From an uncultured Chloroflexia bacterium (lineage in GTDB: Bacteria > Chloroflexota > Limnocylindria > QHBO01), in NCBI GenBank assembly GCA_963814375.1, contig CAWFCQ010000007.1, forward strand, positions 256,001 through 320,000: a stretch of 64,000 bases of DNA. The letters run 5' to 3'. A model generated the notes under the pieces. It saw only the letters and a list, made by a program, of their open reading frames with translations, was not told where the DNA came from and did no database searches. Shown here piece by piece: positions 29,058 to 37,253 of the stretch. Each line of letters starts with the position of its first letter. Position 1 is the stretch's first letter. Position numbers and translations under genes: made by a program.

Positions 29058-29502
29058 TCAGCGCTTCAGGGTCCCGTGACCCTCGGTGTCGTCTTCCTCG
29101 GCGCGGCGGCTCAGCCCGCCGATGTGGCCCTCAACGTCGTCCTCGTCGGCACGCTTGAGGACGCCGTGGCCCTCCGTGTCGTCCCTCAGCGCGCTTGAGC
29201 ACGCCGTGACCCTCGACGTCGTCTTCGTCGGCACGCTTGAGGACGCCGTGGCCCTCCGTGTCGTCCTCGTCAGCGCGCTTGAGCACGCCGTGACCCTCTG
29301 TGTCGTCCTCATCGGCGCGCTTGAGCACGCCGTGACCCTCGGTGTCGTCGTCAGTCGCGCGGAAGCCCGACTGACCGCCTTCCTGGATTCTCTCGTCGTC
29401 CATCATGTGACCCTCCACTGAATCGTCATCGTGTGCCTCCCCGCCGAGCGAACCCGGTCGGGAGAAGCCCTCCATCGGCGGACGCCGCCGGTAGTTGTCC
29501 AT
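29058..29502 (-). CDS. Acidic tandem-repeat (poly)peptide precursor, about 7x ADEDDTEGHGVLKR; apparent net 2-nt deletion near 29185
   Basis: GGAGG RBS upstream of ATG 29502; ORFs 29131-29502 and 29058-29312 join into one repeat protein ending GTLKR*; variation between repeats is mainly at synonymous positions. Confidence 0.8.
29061..29360 (-). repeat. 42-nt coding tandem repeat (7 units)
   Basis: Recurring gcgcttgagcacgccgtgaccctc..gtcgtc units about every 42 nt (one 40-nt and one 48-nt unit). Confidence 0.9.
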
Positions 29503-29562
29503 GCGATCCTTCGCCTCCTAGCTGGCAGCGTACTCGCATCCAATGTCACGAATCCTAGGCCC

Positions 29563-29578
29563 GGTGATGACTTTCGCA
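29563..29578. promoter_or_regulatory. Candidate CRP/FNR-type binding site upstream of the repeat-peptide gene
   Basis: GGTGA-tgactt-TCGCA, 8/10 match to TGTGA-N6-TCACA, between crp and the precursor gene. Confidence 0.4.
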
Positions 29579-29622
29579 GCATCGCTGACCGGACAGATCC
29601 GATGTCGGTTACGCGACAGTGT

Positions 29623-30318
29623 TCACCGCGCTCCGTGCCGCTCGAGCTCCGCGAGATCGTGGATCACGAGCGTGTCACGTTCGATGCTGATGAGTCCGTC
29701 GTCGACCAAACCGCTCAGAAGCTTGTTCACGCTCTGGCGCGTTCCGCCGATCATGGCGGCCAGGTCGGACTGAGTGTAGGGCCAGTCGAGCTCGACCCGG
29801 CCGGTGGCCTGCGGCGAGGCGTCCCGAGCCACGCGCACGAGGCGCATCGAGAGGCGGCCCGCAAGGTCCAGGAAGTGCAGCTCCTCGACGTGACCGGTGA
29901 GGCGCCGCAGCTCCTCTGCCAGGGCGTGGAGGAGGGCGGTCACGAGATGCGGATCATCCCTGAGCAGGTTGAGGAACGGCTCGCGCGGCAGGGCCAACGT
30001 CTCGGTCGGCTCGATCGCCGTAGCCGTGGTTGACCTGGGCGAGCTGTCGAGCAGCGCGAGCTCGCCGAAGAAGTCCCCCGGCTTGAGGCTGGCGATGATC
30101 GCCTCCTCGCCCTCCGTCGACGGCAGGACGATCTTGACGCCGCCGGCCGCCACCACCTGGAGCGAATCGCCGATGTCACCCTGGTGGAAGATCACCTCGT
30201 TGCGCCGGAAGCGCCGCCTGCGCATCTGCGCCGCGATCGCGCGGAGGGCCTCGTCGGTGACGTGCGCAAAGAGGGCGCACCGCCGAAGGCTGTCGACCGC
30301 CAGGGATTCGTCCAGCAC
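29623..30318 (-). CDS. Crp/Fnr family transcriptional regulator
   Basis: IFHQGD, PGDFFGELALLDSSPRSTTA, TQSDLAAMIGGTRQSVNK HTH. Confidence 0.92.
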   Translation of the reverse strand: MLDESLAVDSLRRCALFAHVTDEALRAIAAQMRRRRFRRNEVIFHQGDIGDSLQVVAAGGVKIVLPSTEGEEAIIASLKPGDFFGELALLDSSPRSTTATAIEPTETLALPREPFLNLLRDDPHLVTALLHALAEELRRLTGHVEELHFLDLAGRLSMRLVRVARDASPQATGRVELDWPYTQSDLAAMIGGTRQSVNKLLSGLVDDGLISIERDTLVIHDLAELERHGAR

Positions 30319-30571
30319 GCGTGATCCTCAGACTCGGGCGAATGAGCAGGGCAGTGCGGACACTCTCGTGGTGTGCCTCTCCGCCGTCAAGGGGTCACCA
30401 ACGCGTTTTCCCCAGGTGTCATGCGGCCGACACGAGGAGCGCCGCGGACGGACATCACGCCCATCGGGACGTTGACGACCCGGCTGTCGCCCGCTTGCTC
30501 ACGAGGACGGGCACAGCGGCGGGAGGATGGCACCAGGCAAACGAGCCCACAACGCTCGAAGGAGGAATCCG

Positions 30572-30847
30572 ATGCTCGGCCCGAACCACCACACATTCCA
30601 CCTGGCGAATGAGGCATATGACAAGCGGGTCCAGCATGCGGCTCGGATCCAGGCGATCAAGCAGGATCGCGAGGACGGCACGCAGCCGGTCAACCTCGAG
30701 GGCCATCGCTTCATCACCGCTCGGCGACTGGCCGCCGCTGGCATTGCCGGCTTCGTCCTCACCGCCGCGATCGCTGCCGGAGGGGCCGGCATCGCCGCCG
30801 CCTCGCCGAACCACGCTTCCGGTGGAGGCGCGATCCAGATTCGCTGA
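30572..30847 (+). CDS. Small hypothetical protein with C-terminal hydrophobic segment
   Basis: Strong AAGGAGG RBS before ATG 30572; 91 aa. Confidence 0.65.
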   Translation: MLGPNHHTFHLANEAYDKRVQHAARIQAIKQDREDGTQPVNLEGHRFITARRLAAAGIAGFVLTAAIAAGGAGIAAASPNHASGGGAIQIR

Positions 30848-30945
30848 CACCCCCAAACACGACGATCAACCACCGACGCCGGGACCTACCCCTCGGCGTC
30901 GGTTCCGCGTTCGGCGGCCTTTGCTAGAATCACGCCCCGTCACCG

Positions 30946-31021
30946 GCGGGAGTAGCTCAGCTGGCAGAGCGCGACCTTCCCAAGGTTGAGGCCGCGGGTT
31001 CGATCCCCGTCTCCCGCTCCA
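30946..31021 (+). tRNA. tRNA-Gly (CCC)
   Basis: GCGGGAG acceptor stem, TT-CCC-AA loop, GGTTCGATCC T-arm, encoded CCA; TGcTAGAAT extended -10 upstream. Confidence 0.96.
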
Positions 31022-31070
31022 AACCATCCGCGCCGTCATACACGCCCGACACCTCAGGAGCGATGCACCG

Positions 31071-31445
31071 ATGCAGCACGGCGACTTCACCCATATCGAG
31101 ATCCCCGCCGACGACCCCGCCCGAGCGAAGGGGTTCTACGGCGACGTGTTCGGATGGAACTTCCCGCCCGAGATCCCGGGATTCGAGGGTTACCACATGT
31201 TCAGCACGCCGGTGGGCCAGGACGGCTTCGGTGGAGCGATCGGCAAGCGTGGTGAGCTGGCGCCGGACAAGGTCCGGACCTACATCCACGTCGACTCTAT
31301 CGAGGCCACGCTCCCGAAGATCTCCGAGCTCGGCGGCGCGGTCGTCGAGCCCAGGCGCGAGGTGCCGGGCCAGGGTTGGTACGCCGTCTTCACCGATACC
31401 GAGGGCAACGAGCTCGCTCTGTGGGAGACCGGCGACCAGGGCTGA
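31071..31445 (+). CDS. VOC/glyoxalase family protein
   Basis: HIEIPADD..RAKGFYGDVFGW, FTDTEGNELALWE. Confidence 0.88.
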   Translation: MQHGDFTHIEIPADDPARAKGFYGDVFGWNFPPEIPGFEGYHMFSTPVGQDGFGGAIGKRGELAPDKVRTYIHVDSIEATLPKISELGGAVVEPRREVPGQGWYAVFTDTEGNELALWETGDQG

Positions 31446-31471
31446 TCGCCCGCGCCCGTATCCTCTCCCGC

Positions 31472-32569
31472 ATGCGGCACCGCCTCGCGCTCGTCACCGG
31501 GGCGGCCGTTCTGCTCGCCGCCTGCTCGTCGGCGCCGCCCACGACGCCCTCCGCGTCAGCGACACCACCCGGGCCTACGACCACGACATCGCCGAGCGCC
31601 GAGGCAGAGGTCAGCGCCACCGCCAGCCCGTCGGCCGATCCGGTGCCGCTGGCCTGGGACGCGCTCGAGGTCGGCGTCGGACCAGCGGCGCGCGAGGACC
31701 ACACCTGGACCGTGGGTGACGACGGCCAGACCGCGTACCTGTTCGGAGGCCGGGATGGCGCGCAGGCATACGCCGATCTCTGGGCCTTCGATCTCGGCAG
31801 CGACACCTGGAGCCAGCTCCAGCCGGGCGCAGGGCCCGCTGCCCGCTTCGGCCACGAGGCGGCATGGGTCACCGGAGTCGGGCTCGTGGTGTTCGCCGGC
31901 CAGGCGGGCACCACGTTCTTCAACGATCTGTGGGCATTCGATCCGGAAGCGGGCAGCTGGCGTCAGCTTCCGTCGGGCCCCACGAGGCCGGTGGCGCGGT
32001 ACGGGACGTGTGCGGCGGTCGGGCCGGATGGCCGGCTGTGGATCAGTCACGGGTTCACCTCGGACGGGACGCGTTTCGCCGACACGTGGGCATATGACTT
32101 CGACACGGGCGGCTGGATCGAGGAGACCCCCGAGGGTGAGCGGCCCGTCGAGCGCTGCCTGCATGGCTGCTGGTGGACCGATGACGCGGCGCTGACCCTG
32201 TACGCCGGCCAGACGACGGGCGTCACCGCGCTTGGCGATCGCTGGTCGCTCGGCACCGAGGGCTGGTCGAGCATCGGGGGTGCGCTTCCGCCGGAGCGCA
32301 ACCTGTACGCCCGAACCAGGACCGGCGACGCGACGCTGGTCTTCGGAGGGCAGGCGCTGGATGGCACCTACCTCGGCGATCTCTGGCTGCTCGCGGACAA
32401 CTCACCCGATGCGGGACCGCTCACAGCGAGCGGCGGGCCGTCGCGCGCCGGCGCCGAGCTCGTCACCGACGAGGATTCCGGCCGCGTCCTCCTCTTCGGA
32501 GGGCGAGACGCCGATGGAGCGCATGGCGACCTGTGGGCCCTGACCGGCTCCGAGATCGCCGGCGGCTGA
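31472..32569 (+). CDS. Kelch-repeat beta-propeller lipoprotein
   Basis: LLAAC lipobox; repeated AR..H, LFGG and DLWAFD motifs. Confidence 0.82.
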   Translation: MRHRLALVTGAAVLLAACSSAPPTTPSASATPPGPTTTTSPSAEAEVSATASPSADPVPLAWDALEVGVGPAAREDHTWTVGDDGQTAYLFGGRDGAQAYADLWAFDLGSDTWSQLQPGAGPAARFGHEAAWVTGVGLVVFAGQAGTTFFNDLWAFDPEAGSWRQLPSGPTRPVARYGTCAAVGPDGRLWISHGFTSDGTRFADTWAYDFDTGGWIEETPEGERPVERCLHGCWWTDDAALTLYAGQTTGVTALGDRWSLGTEGWSSIGGALPPERNLYARTRTGDATLVFGGQALDGTYLGDLWLLADNSPDAGPLTASGGPSRAGAELVTDEDSGRVLLFGGRDADGAHGDLWALTGSEIAGG

Positions 32570-32599
32570 GGTGGCCCGTCACGTGCTGAGCACGCACGG

Positions 32600-33148
32600 A
32601 TGAGCACCCCCTCCACGGAAGCCGCGTGGTCGGTCCGGCCCGAGCAGCCGATCGATCTCGACCAGATCCACGAGCTCCATCGGACCGCCTTCAACGGCCC
32701 TGCCGAGGCTGACCTCGTCGACGCCATCCGCCGCGGACCAAACTTCATGCCCGAGCTGTCGCTTGTGGCCGTCGCGCCTGACGCGAGCGTCCTGGGCCAC
32801 GTGCTCATCAGCCGGATCGCTTTCGCACCGGCCGATGCGGATGCGGAGAGGACCGATGCGCTCGCTCTGGCGCCGCTGGCCGTCCTTCCGCCGTACTGGG
32901 GCCGCGGCATCGGCTCTGCGCTCGTGCGCCTGGCCCTTGGCGTCGCCGATGAGAGGGCGGAGCCGCTCGTCGCCGTTATCGGCGCGCCCTCGTACTACGC
33001 CCGATTCGGGTTCCTGCCGGCGGCCGAGCACGGTGTTGGCGGCCAGTACGGCGATGCGGGCGATGCCTTCCAGGTCCGGCTCCTCCCGGGCCATTCGGCG
33101 CCAGGTGAGGGGTCGCTCATCTACCCGTCGATGTTCGAGGGCCTCTAG
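32600..33148 (+). CDS. GNAT N-acetyltransferase (YhbS-like)
   Basis: LAPLAVLPPYWGRGIGSALV, YYARFGF. Confidence 0.88.
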   Translation: MSTPSTEAAWSVRPEQPIDLDQIHELHRTAFNGPAEADLVDAIRRGPNFMPELSLVAVAPDASVLGHVLISRIAFAPADADAERTDALALAPLAVLPPYWGRGIGSALVRLALGVADERAEPLVAVIGAPSYYARFGFLPAAEHGVGGQYGDAGDAFQVRLLPGHSAPGEGSLIYPSMFEGL

Positions 33149-33762
33149 TCATCGTCATCGGAGCGACCGGAGCCGCTCCCGCTCGATCCGCTGCCGCCCG
33201 AGTCATCACCGCCGCCCGGGCCGCTGTTGTCGTCACCGCCTCCGCCAGGCCCGCTGTTGTCCGACTCGCTCGGCTCCGGCGTCTCGATCCCGTCATCGTC
33301 ATCGGATGCCGAGGGCGTGGCGGAGGGTGACCCGGTGGGAGTTGGCGACGGCGATGCGGATTCGGAAGGGCTCGGCGATGGCGTCGCGGATTCGGAGGGG
33401 CTCGGTGAGGGCGACGGAGTGACCACGGTGGGCGGACTCGGCGTGGTTCCCACATTGCCGTTGCGGGCGAGGTCGGCGAGCTGACCCAGGGCGAGGGCCC
33501 CCACGACCGCCACCGCGACAACCGCCGTGGCGGCCATCGCCCGGGCCGGCGCGTGCCACGCAACCCAACCGGCGGTGAGGGACGCCCACCACCCGAGCGC
33601 GGGAGTGGGTTCCGCATCGATCGCCGCATGGATGCGGCCGGCGAGATCGAGCGGGGGCGCATCGGCTCGTTCGGCGCTGTACCGCTCCAGCCGCCCTGCG
33701 ACCTCGTCGAGGGAAGCTTCGGCGCGGTCGAGCTCATCCGGCCCGAACGGGTGTCGGGTCAT
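33145..33762 (-). CDS. Putative anti-sigma factor (single TM, S/P-rich linker, DNSGPG acidic tail)
   Basis: ATGA overlap with the ECF sigma gene; one TM; low-complexity extracellular tail. Confidence 0.65.
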   Translation of the reverse strand: MTRHPFGPDELDRAEASLDEVAGRLERYSAERADAPPLDLAGRIHAAIDAEPTPALGWWASLTAGWVAWHAPARAMAATAVVAVAVVGALALGQLADLARNGNVGTTPSPPTVVTPSPSPSPSESATPSPSPSESASPSPTPTGSPSATPSASDDDDGIETPEPSESDNSGPGGGGDDNSGPGGGDDSGGSGSSGSGSGRSDDDD

Positions 33763-34304
33763 TGGCTCGCACTCCGCGTTCCGAGGACCGGGCGCAGACG
33801 CTCCAGGCCCCGTCGCAGGTGGGTCTTGACGGTGTTGATCGGCCGTCCCGTGGCTTCCGCGACCTCCGCGAGCGAGAGCTCGCCGAAGAATCGCAGCGCG
33901 ACCACCTCCCGATAGGGATCAGGGAGTGCGGCGACCGCGTCGCGCACCTCGTCACGCTGTTCGGCGGCCTCGGCGGCGCGGCTCGGATCGACGGTCGGGT
34001 CGGCAGTCATCGGCTCGGCCACCGCGTCCAGGTCGGCCGTCGGCCGGCGCTGAGCGATGCGGCGGTAGGCCTGGCGCGTGGCGATCCGCAGAAGCCACGC
34101 ACGTATTGGACCCTCGCCGCGGTAGCTGCCGATTGACCGAAATGCCGCCACGAATGCCTCCTGCGTCACGTCTTCGGCATCGTGCGAGCGGCCGAGGATC
34201 CGGTAGCAGGCGCGATAGACAGCAGAGGTCTCGAGGTCCACGAGCTGGCTGAACGCGTCCCGATCACCTGACCGAACGGCATCGACGAGAGCGCGGTCGT
34301 CCAC
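33759..34304 (-). CDS. ECF RNA polymerase sigma factor
   Basis: DAEDVTQEAF, WLLRIA, LPDPYREVVALRFF, TVKTHLRRG. Confidence 0.92.
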   Translation of the reverse strand: MDDRALVDAVRSGDRDAFSQLVDLETSAVYRACYRILGRSHDAEDVTQEAFVAAFRSIGSYRGEGPIRAWLLRIATRQAYRRIAQRRPTADLDAVAEPMTADPTVDPSRAAEAAEQRDEVRDAVAALPDPYREVVALRFFGELSLAEVAEATGRPINTVKTHLRRGLERLRPVLGTRSASQ

Positions 34305-34352
34305 GCCCTCATCGTGCCACGATGTCCCCCACATCCGGGCCGACACCTCGAT

Positions 34353-34928
34353 TCAGTCGTCGTGGCCGGAGTTGTCATCGTCGTCGTCGCCGTTGCCGGG
34401 ACCCGAGTTGTCGTCGTCATCGTCGTCGTCGCCGTTGCCGGGACCCGAGTTGTCGTCGTCATCGTCGTCGTCGCCGTTGCCGGGACCCGAGTTGTCGTCA
34501 CCGTCGTCGCCGTCGTCATCGGCGGAAGCGGTCGGGTCAGAGCTGGCGGACGCGCTGGCGGAGGCGGAGGCCGATGCGCTGGCGGAGGCGGAGGCCGATG
34601 CGCTGGCGGCCGGGCTGGCCGGACCATCGTCGTTCCCGGTGTTGTTCCCGCCGTTGTCATCGGCGGAAGCGGTCGGGTCAGGGCTGGCCGACGCGCTGGC
34701 GGAGGCGCTCGCCGACGGTGACGGCGAGGCCGAGATGCTTGCGCCGAACGTCTCGAGTCCGGCGGTGGCCGATGGCGACGCATCCGTGTTCGTCCCGGTC
34801 TCGCCGTCGCGGTCGTTGCCCGTCGCCAGCACGACGCCGGCCATGAGCAGGAGGGCGCCCACGGCGAGGATGAGGCCGCGGAACGTGGTGTTGATGTTCA
34901 CGATGGTCGAGCTCCCACTGGTGTTCAT
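34353..34928 (-). CDS. Secreted low-complexity protein with (AS)n tract and DDDDDDDNSGPGNG repeats
   Basis: Signal-like hydrophobic N-terminus, Ala-Ser run, three 14-aa Asp-rich repeats. Confidence 0.65.
   Translation of the reverse strand: MNTSGSSTIVNINTTFRGLILAVGALLLMAGVVLATGNDRDGETGTNTDASPSATAGLETFGASISASPSPSASASASASASPDPTASADDNGGNNTGNDDGPASPAASASASASASASASASASASASSDPTASADDDGDDGDDNSGPGNGDDDDDDDNSGPGNGDDDDDDDNSGPGNGDDDDDNSGHDD
34375..34500 (-). repeat. 42-nt coding tandem repeat x3
   Basis: acccgagttg recurs at 34401, 34443 and 34485. Confidence 0.85.
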
Positions 34929-35033
34929 TCGCCGCGAGAGGAGCGGCGCTCACCTGTTCTGAGCCATCGCGTCCGGCAAAGGTTTCACCTGCGTGCGCCA
35001 TCGGCCGCCCGTCCGGGGTTCGTCCCGATTAGC

Positions 35034-36413
35034 ATGGGTCATCGCGTCCGCTGTCCAGGGGAGCTCCATCTCGTGGCCCGACCTCGTGCTCGAACTCGCG
35101 CAATCTCGCACGCGGGCAAGCGTCGCCTCGGATCCGTCGTTTTTCTCACGGCGCTGACGCTGGCCGCGATCGGGGCCGCACCCAGAGCGGCCGCGGGTGC
35201 CACGGATCGGCTGCCGGACCTGCGCATGACGCCGGTCAAGGACATCCGCATCGTCGTCGAGGGCGGCCACCGTCGCCTGCGGTTCACGGCCATGATGGCC
35301 AACGTCGGCCAAGGCCACTTCGAGGTCCGCGGCAGTCGCAGCGGCGCCTCGGATCCGACAATGTCCATCAGCCAGGTGCTCTACAACAGCGCCGGCGGCT
35401 CCCGAACCATCGCCACGAACGCCTGGGGCCAATATGCCGGCGACGGCCACGACCACTGGCACGTGCAGCAGATGATGAGCTACGGGCTATGGCCGGTCGG
35501 CAGCGGAACGTCGATCTCCCGTGGCGCGAAGGTCGGCTTCTGCTTCCTCGACACCAATGCCTGGAATCTCTCGCTGCCCGGCGCTCGACAGTCGTCGTAC
35601 TACCGGGAGTCCTGGTGTGGCACACAGGCATCGACGACCAACCGCGTCGGGATCAGCCTCGGCTGGGCTGACAGCTACCCGTGGAGCTTCGCCTACCAGT
35701 GGGTCGACATCACCGGGCTCCCGGCCGGCGAGTACTACCTGCGCTCAATCGTGGATGAGTCGGACTACTTCGTGGAGACGAGCGATTCGAACAATTGCGC
35801 GTGGAATCGGATTCGCATCCCGGCGTCGGGCTCGAGCGTGACCTTGATCGGCAGCGGATCGAGCTGCATTGGCCCGACCAGCGCGGTCGCATTTCCCGGC
35901 CAGATCAGGTACGCAACCCCGCGTCGCGTGACCTTCGCTGCCGGCGAGCACGTCGGTCACCGCTTCAACACATCGGGCGTCACCACGAGCCGGTTCCCGG
36001 CCACGCTGGCCCGCGCCTCGAGCGCGTACGCGACGTTCTCCTCGACGATTCCGGGCAGGGCGGGCCGGTGGTTCTACATCAGCAACGGGCTCTGGGCCGG
36101 CTCGTGGATGCAGGAGTCGGCGAGGGTGGTCGGCGCGCCTCTACCGGCCAACGCGGACGCATTCCCGAACACCGATCCGACGGCGTCGACCGCACGCGTC
36201 GAGCTCGCGGCAGGGAACCAGTATGGCTATCAGTTCACCGCGGCCGGCGCAACGATCGCGGCGAAATGGGCCAAGCTGGGAGCGCCTTCCGGAGCGCGCG
36301 TCGACCAACGGGGCTTCCTGCCCGGCAGATCCGGCCGATGGGTCCACGTCATCAACGGCACCTGGGCGGACTACTGGTTCCTCGAGTCCGCGACCGCTGT
36401 CTTCAACCCCTAG
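35034..36413 (+). CDS. Secreted lysyl oxidase-like protein with two C-terminal repeats
   Basis: LPDL, RLRF..ANVG, GHDHWH copper motif, KVGFCFLD, GISLGWADSY, QWVDITGLPAGEY, ETSDSNN. Confidence 0.82.
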   Translation: MGHRVRCPGELHLVARPRARTRAISHAGKRRLGSVVFLTALTLAAIGAAPRAAAGATDRLPDLRMTPVKDIRIVVEGGHRRLRFTAMMANVGQGHFEVRGSRSGASDPTMSISQVLYNSAGGSRTIATNAWGQYAGDGHDHWHVQQMMSYGLWPVGSGTSISRGAKVGFCFLDTNAWNLSLPGARQSSYYRESWCGTQASTTNRVGISLGWADSYPWSFAYQWVDITGLPAGEYYLRSIVDESDYFVETSDSNNCAWNRIRIPASGSSVTLIGSGSSCIGPTSAVAFPGQIRYATPRRVTFAAGEHVGHRFNTSGVTTSRFPATLARASSAYATFSSTIPGRAGRWFYISNGLWAGSWMQESARVVGAPLPANADAFPNTDPTASTARVELAAGNQYGYQFTAAGATIAAKWAKLGAPSGARVDQRGFLPGRSGRWVHVINGTWADYWFLESATAVFNP

Positions 36414-36747
36414 CCATCGCCGGCGGCCCCCGTGCGATTCATCGACACCGACCACATGTGGGACACCGGCACCTCGCCGAAGGTGCGCCTCTAGGCATCG
36501 CGGTTTCGGGTGACCCTCGGCCCGCGGTTGAAACGTCCGCATTCACACCAGAGGGGCACTAGCGGCGGAACTCGGCGGCGAACCGTCCGGATTCACACCA
36601 GGTGACCACCGGCCCCCTGTGAGTGACCGTTCGGCACCTTCGGAAGCCACATAACGGCCACGTCATGTGAATTTGGTCGCGCCATCGGCCGCGCTCAGGC
36701 CGCCAGCGTCTCTCCCTCGTGGCCCAGCCAGGGAGTCCGCGGCGGTG

Positions 36748-37197
36748 CTAGTGGTCCTCCTCGAGGGTCGCCATCACCGACAGCTCGACGTTGCCCGCGA
36801 GCGCCCGCGAGATCGGGCAGCCGTCCTTTGCGGCCGCCGCCGCCGCCTCGAAAGCCGCCTCGTCGATACCGGGCACGGTGCCGACCACGTCGAGCTCAGA
36901 CCGTGTCACTGTCCAGCTGTCGCCAACCTTGTCGAATGTGACGGTGGCGGAGACGTGGACGTGGTCCGGCGGCGTACCCGCCCGGGCAAGGCCGTTCGAG
37001 AGCGCCATCGAGAAGCACGACGCATGGGCTGCTGCAAGAAGCTCCTCGGGCGAGGTCTGCCCGCGAGGCCCCTCGGTGCGCGTGGACCAGGAGATCGGCA
37101 GATCGGTGAACAGCTCGCTCGTCCCGGCGGTGACCGTCCCGGAGCCTTCGAGAAGCGAGCCGGAATAGGTCACGGTGGCGGTTCGGCTGGCGGACAT
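36748..37197 (-). CDS. osmC: OsmC family peroxiredoxin
   Basis: TSPEELLAAAHASCFSMALS, AKDGCPISRAL. Confidence 0.9.
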   Translation of the reverse strand: MSASRTATVTYSGSLLEGSGTVTAGTSELFTDLPISWSTRTEGPRGQTSPEELLAAAHASCFSMALSNGLARAGTPPDHVHVSATVTFDKVGDSWTVTRSELDVVGTVPGIDEAAFEAAAAAAKDGCPISRALAGNVELSVMATLEEDH

Positions 37198-37253
37198 GGA
37201 AGCAGTCTCCTTCGATGGACTCGGGCGAGCCACCAGCCTAGTACGATGCGGCC

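Noticed and set aside
29061-29360. CRISPR array
   Set aside because: Units are contiguous 42-nt repeats without unique spacers, vary at synonymous positions, and no cas genes are present; it is a coding repeat.
29086-29421. Plus-strand repeat ORF (LEHAVTL...)
   Set aside because: Antisense shadow of the precursor; the minus strand has the RBS, operon context and synonymous-variation pattern.
34375-34500. CRISPR or VNTR-type non-coding repeat
   Set aside because: In-frame 14-aa repeats inside a signal-peptide-bearing ORF.
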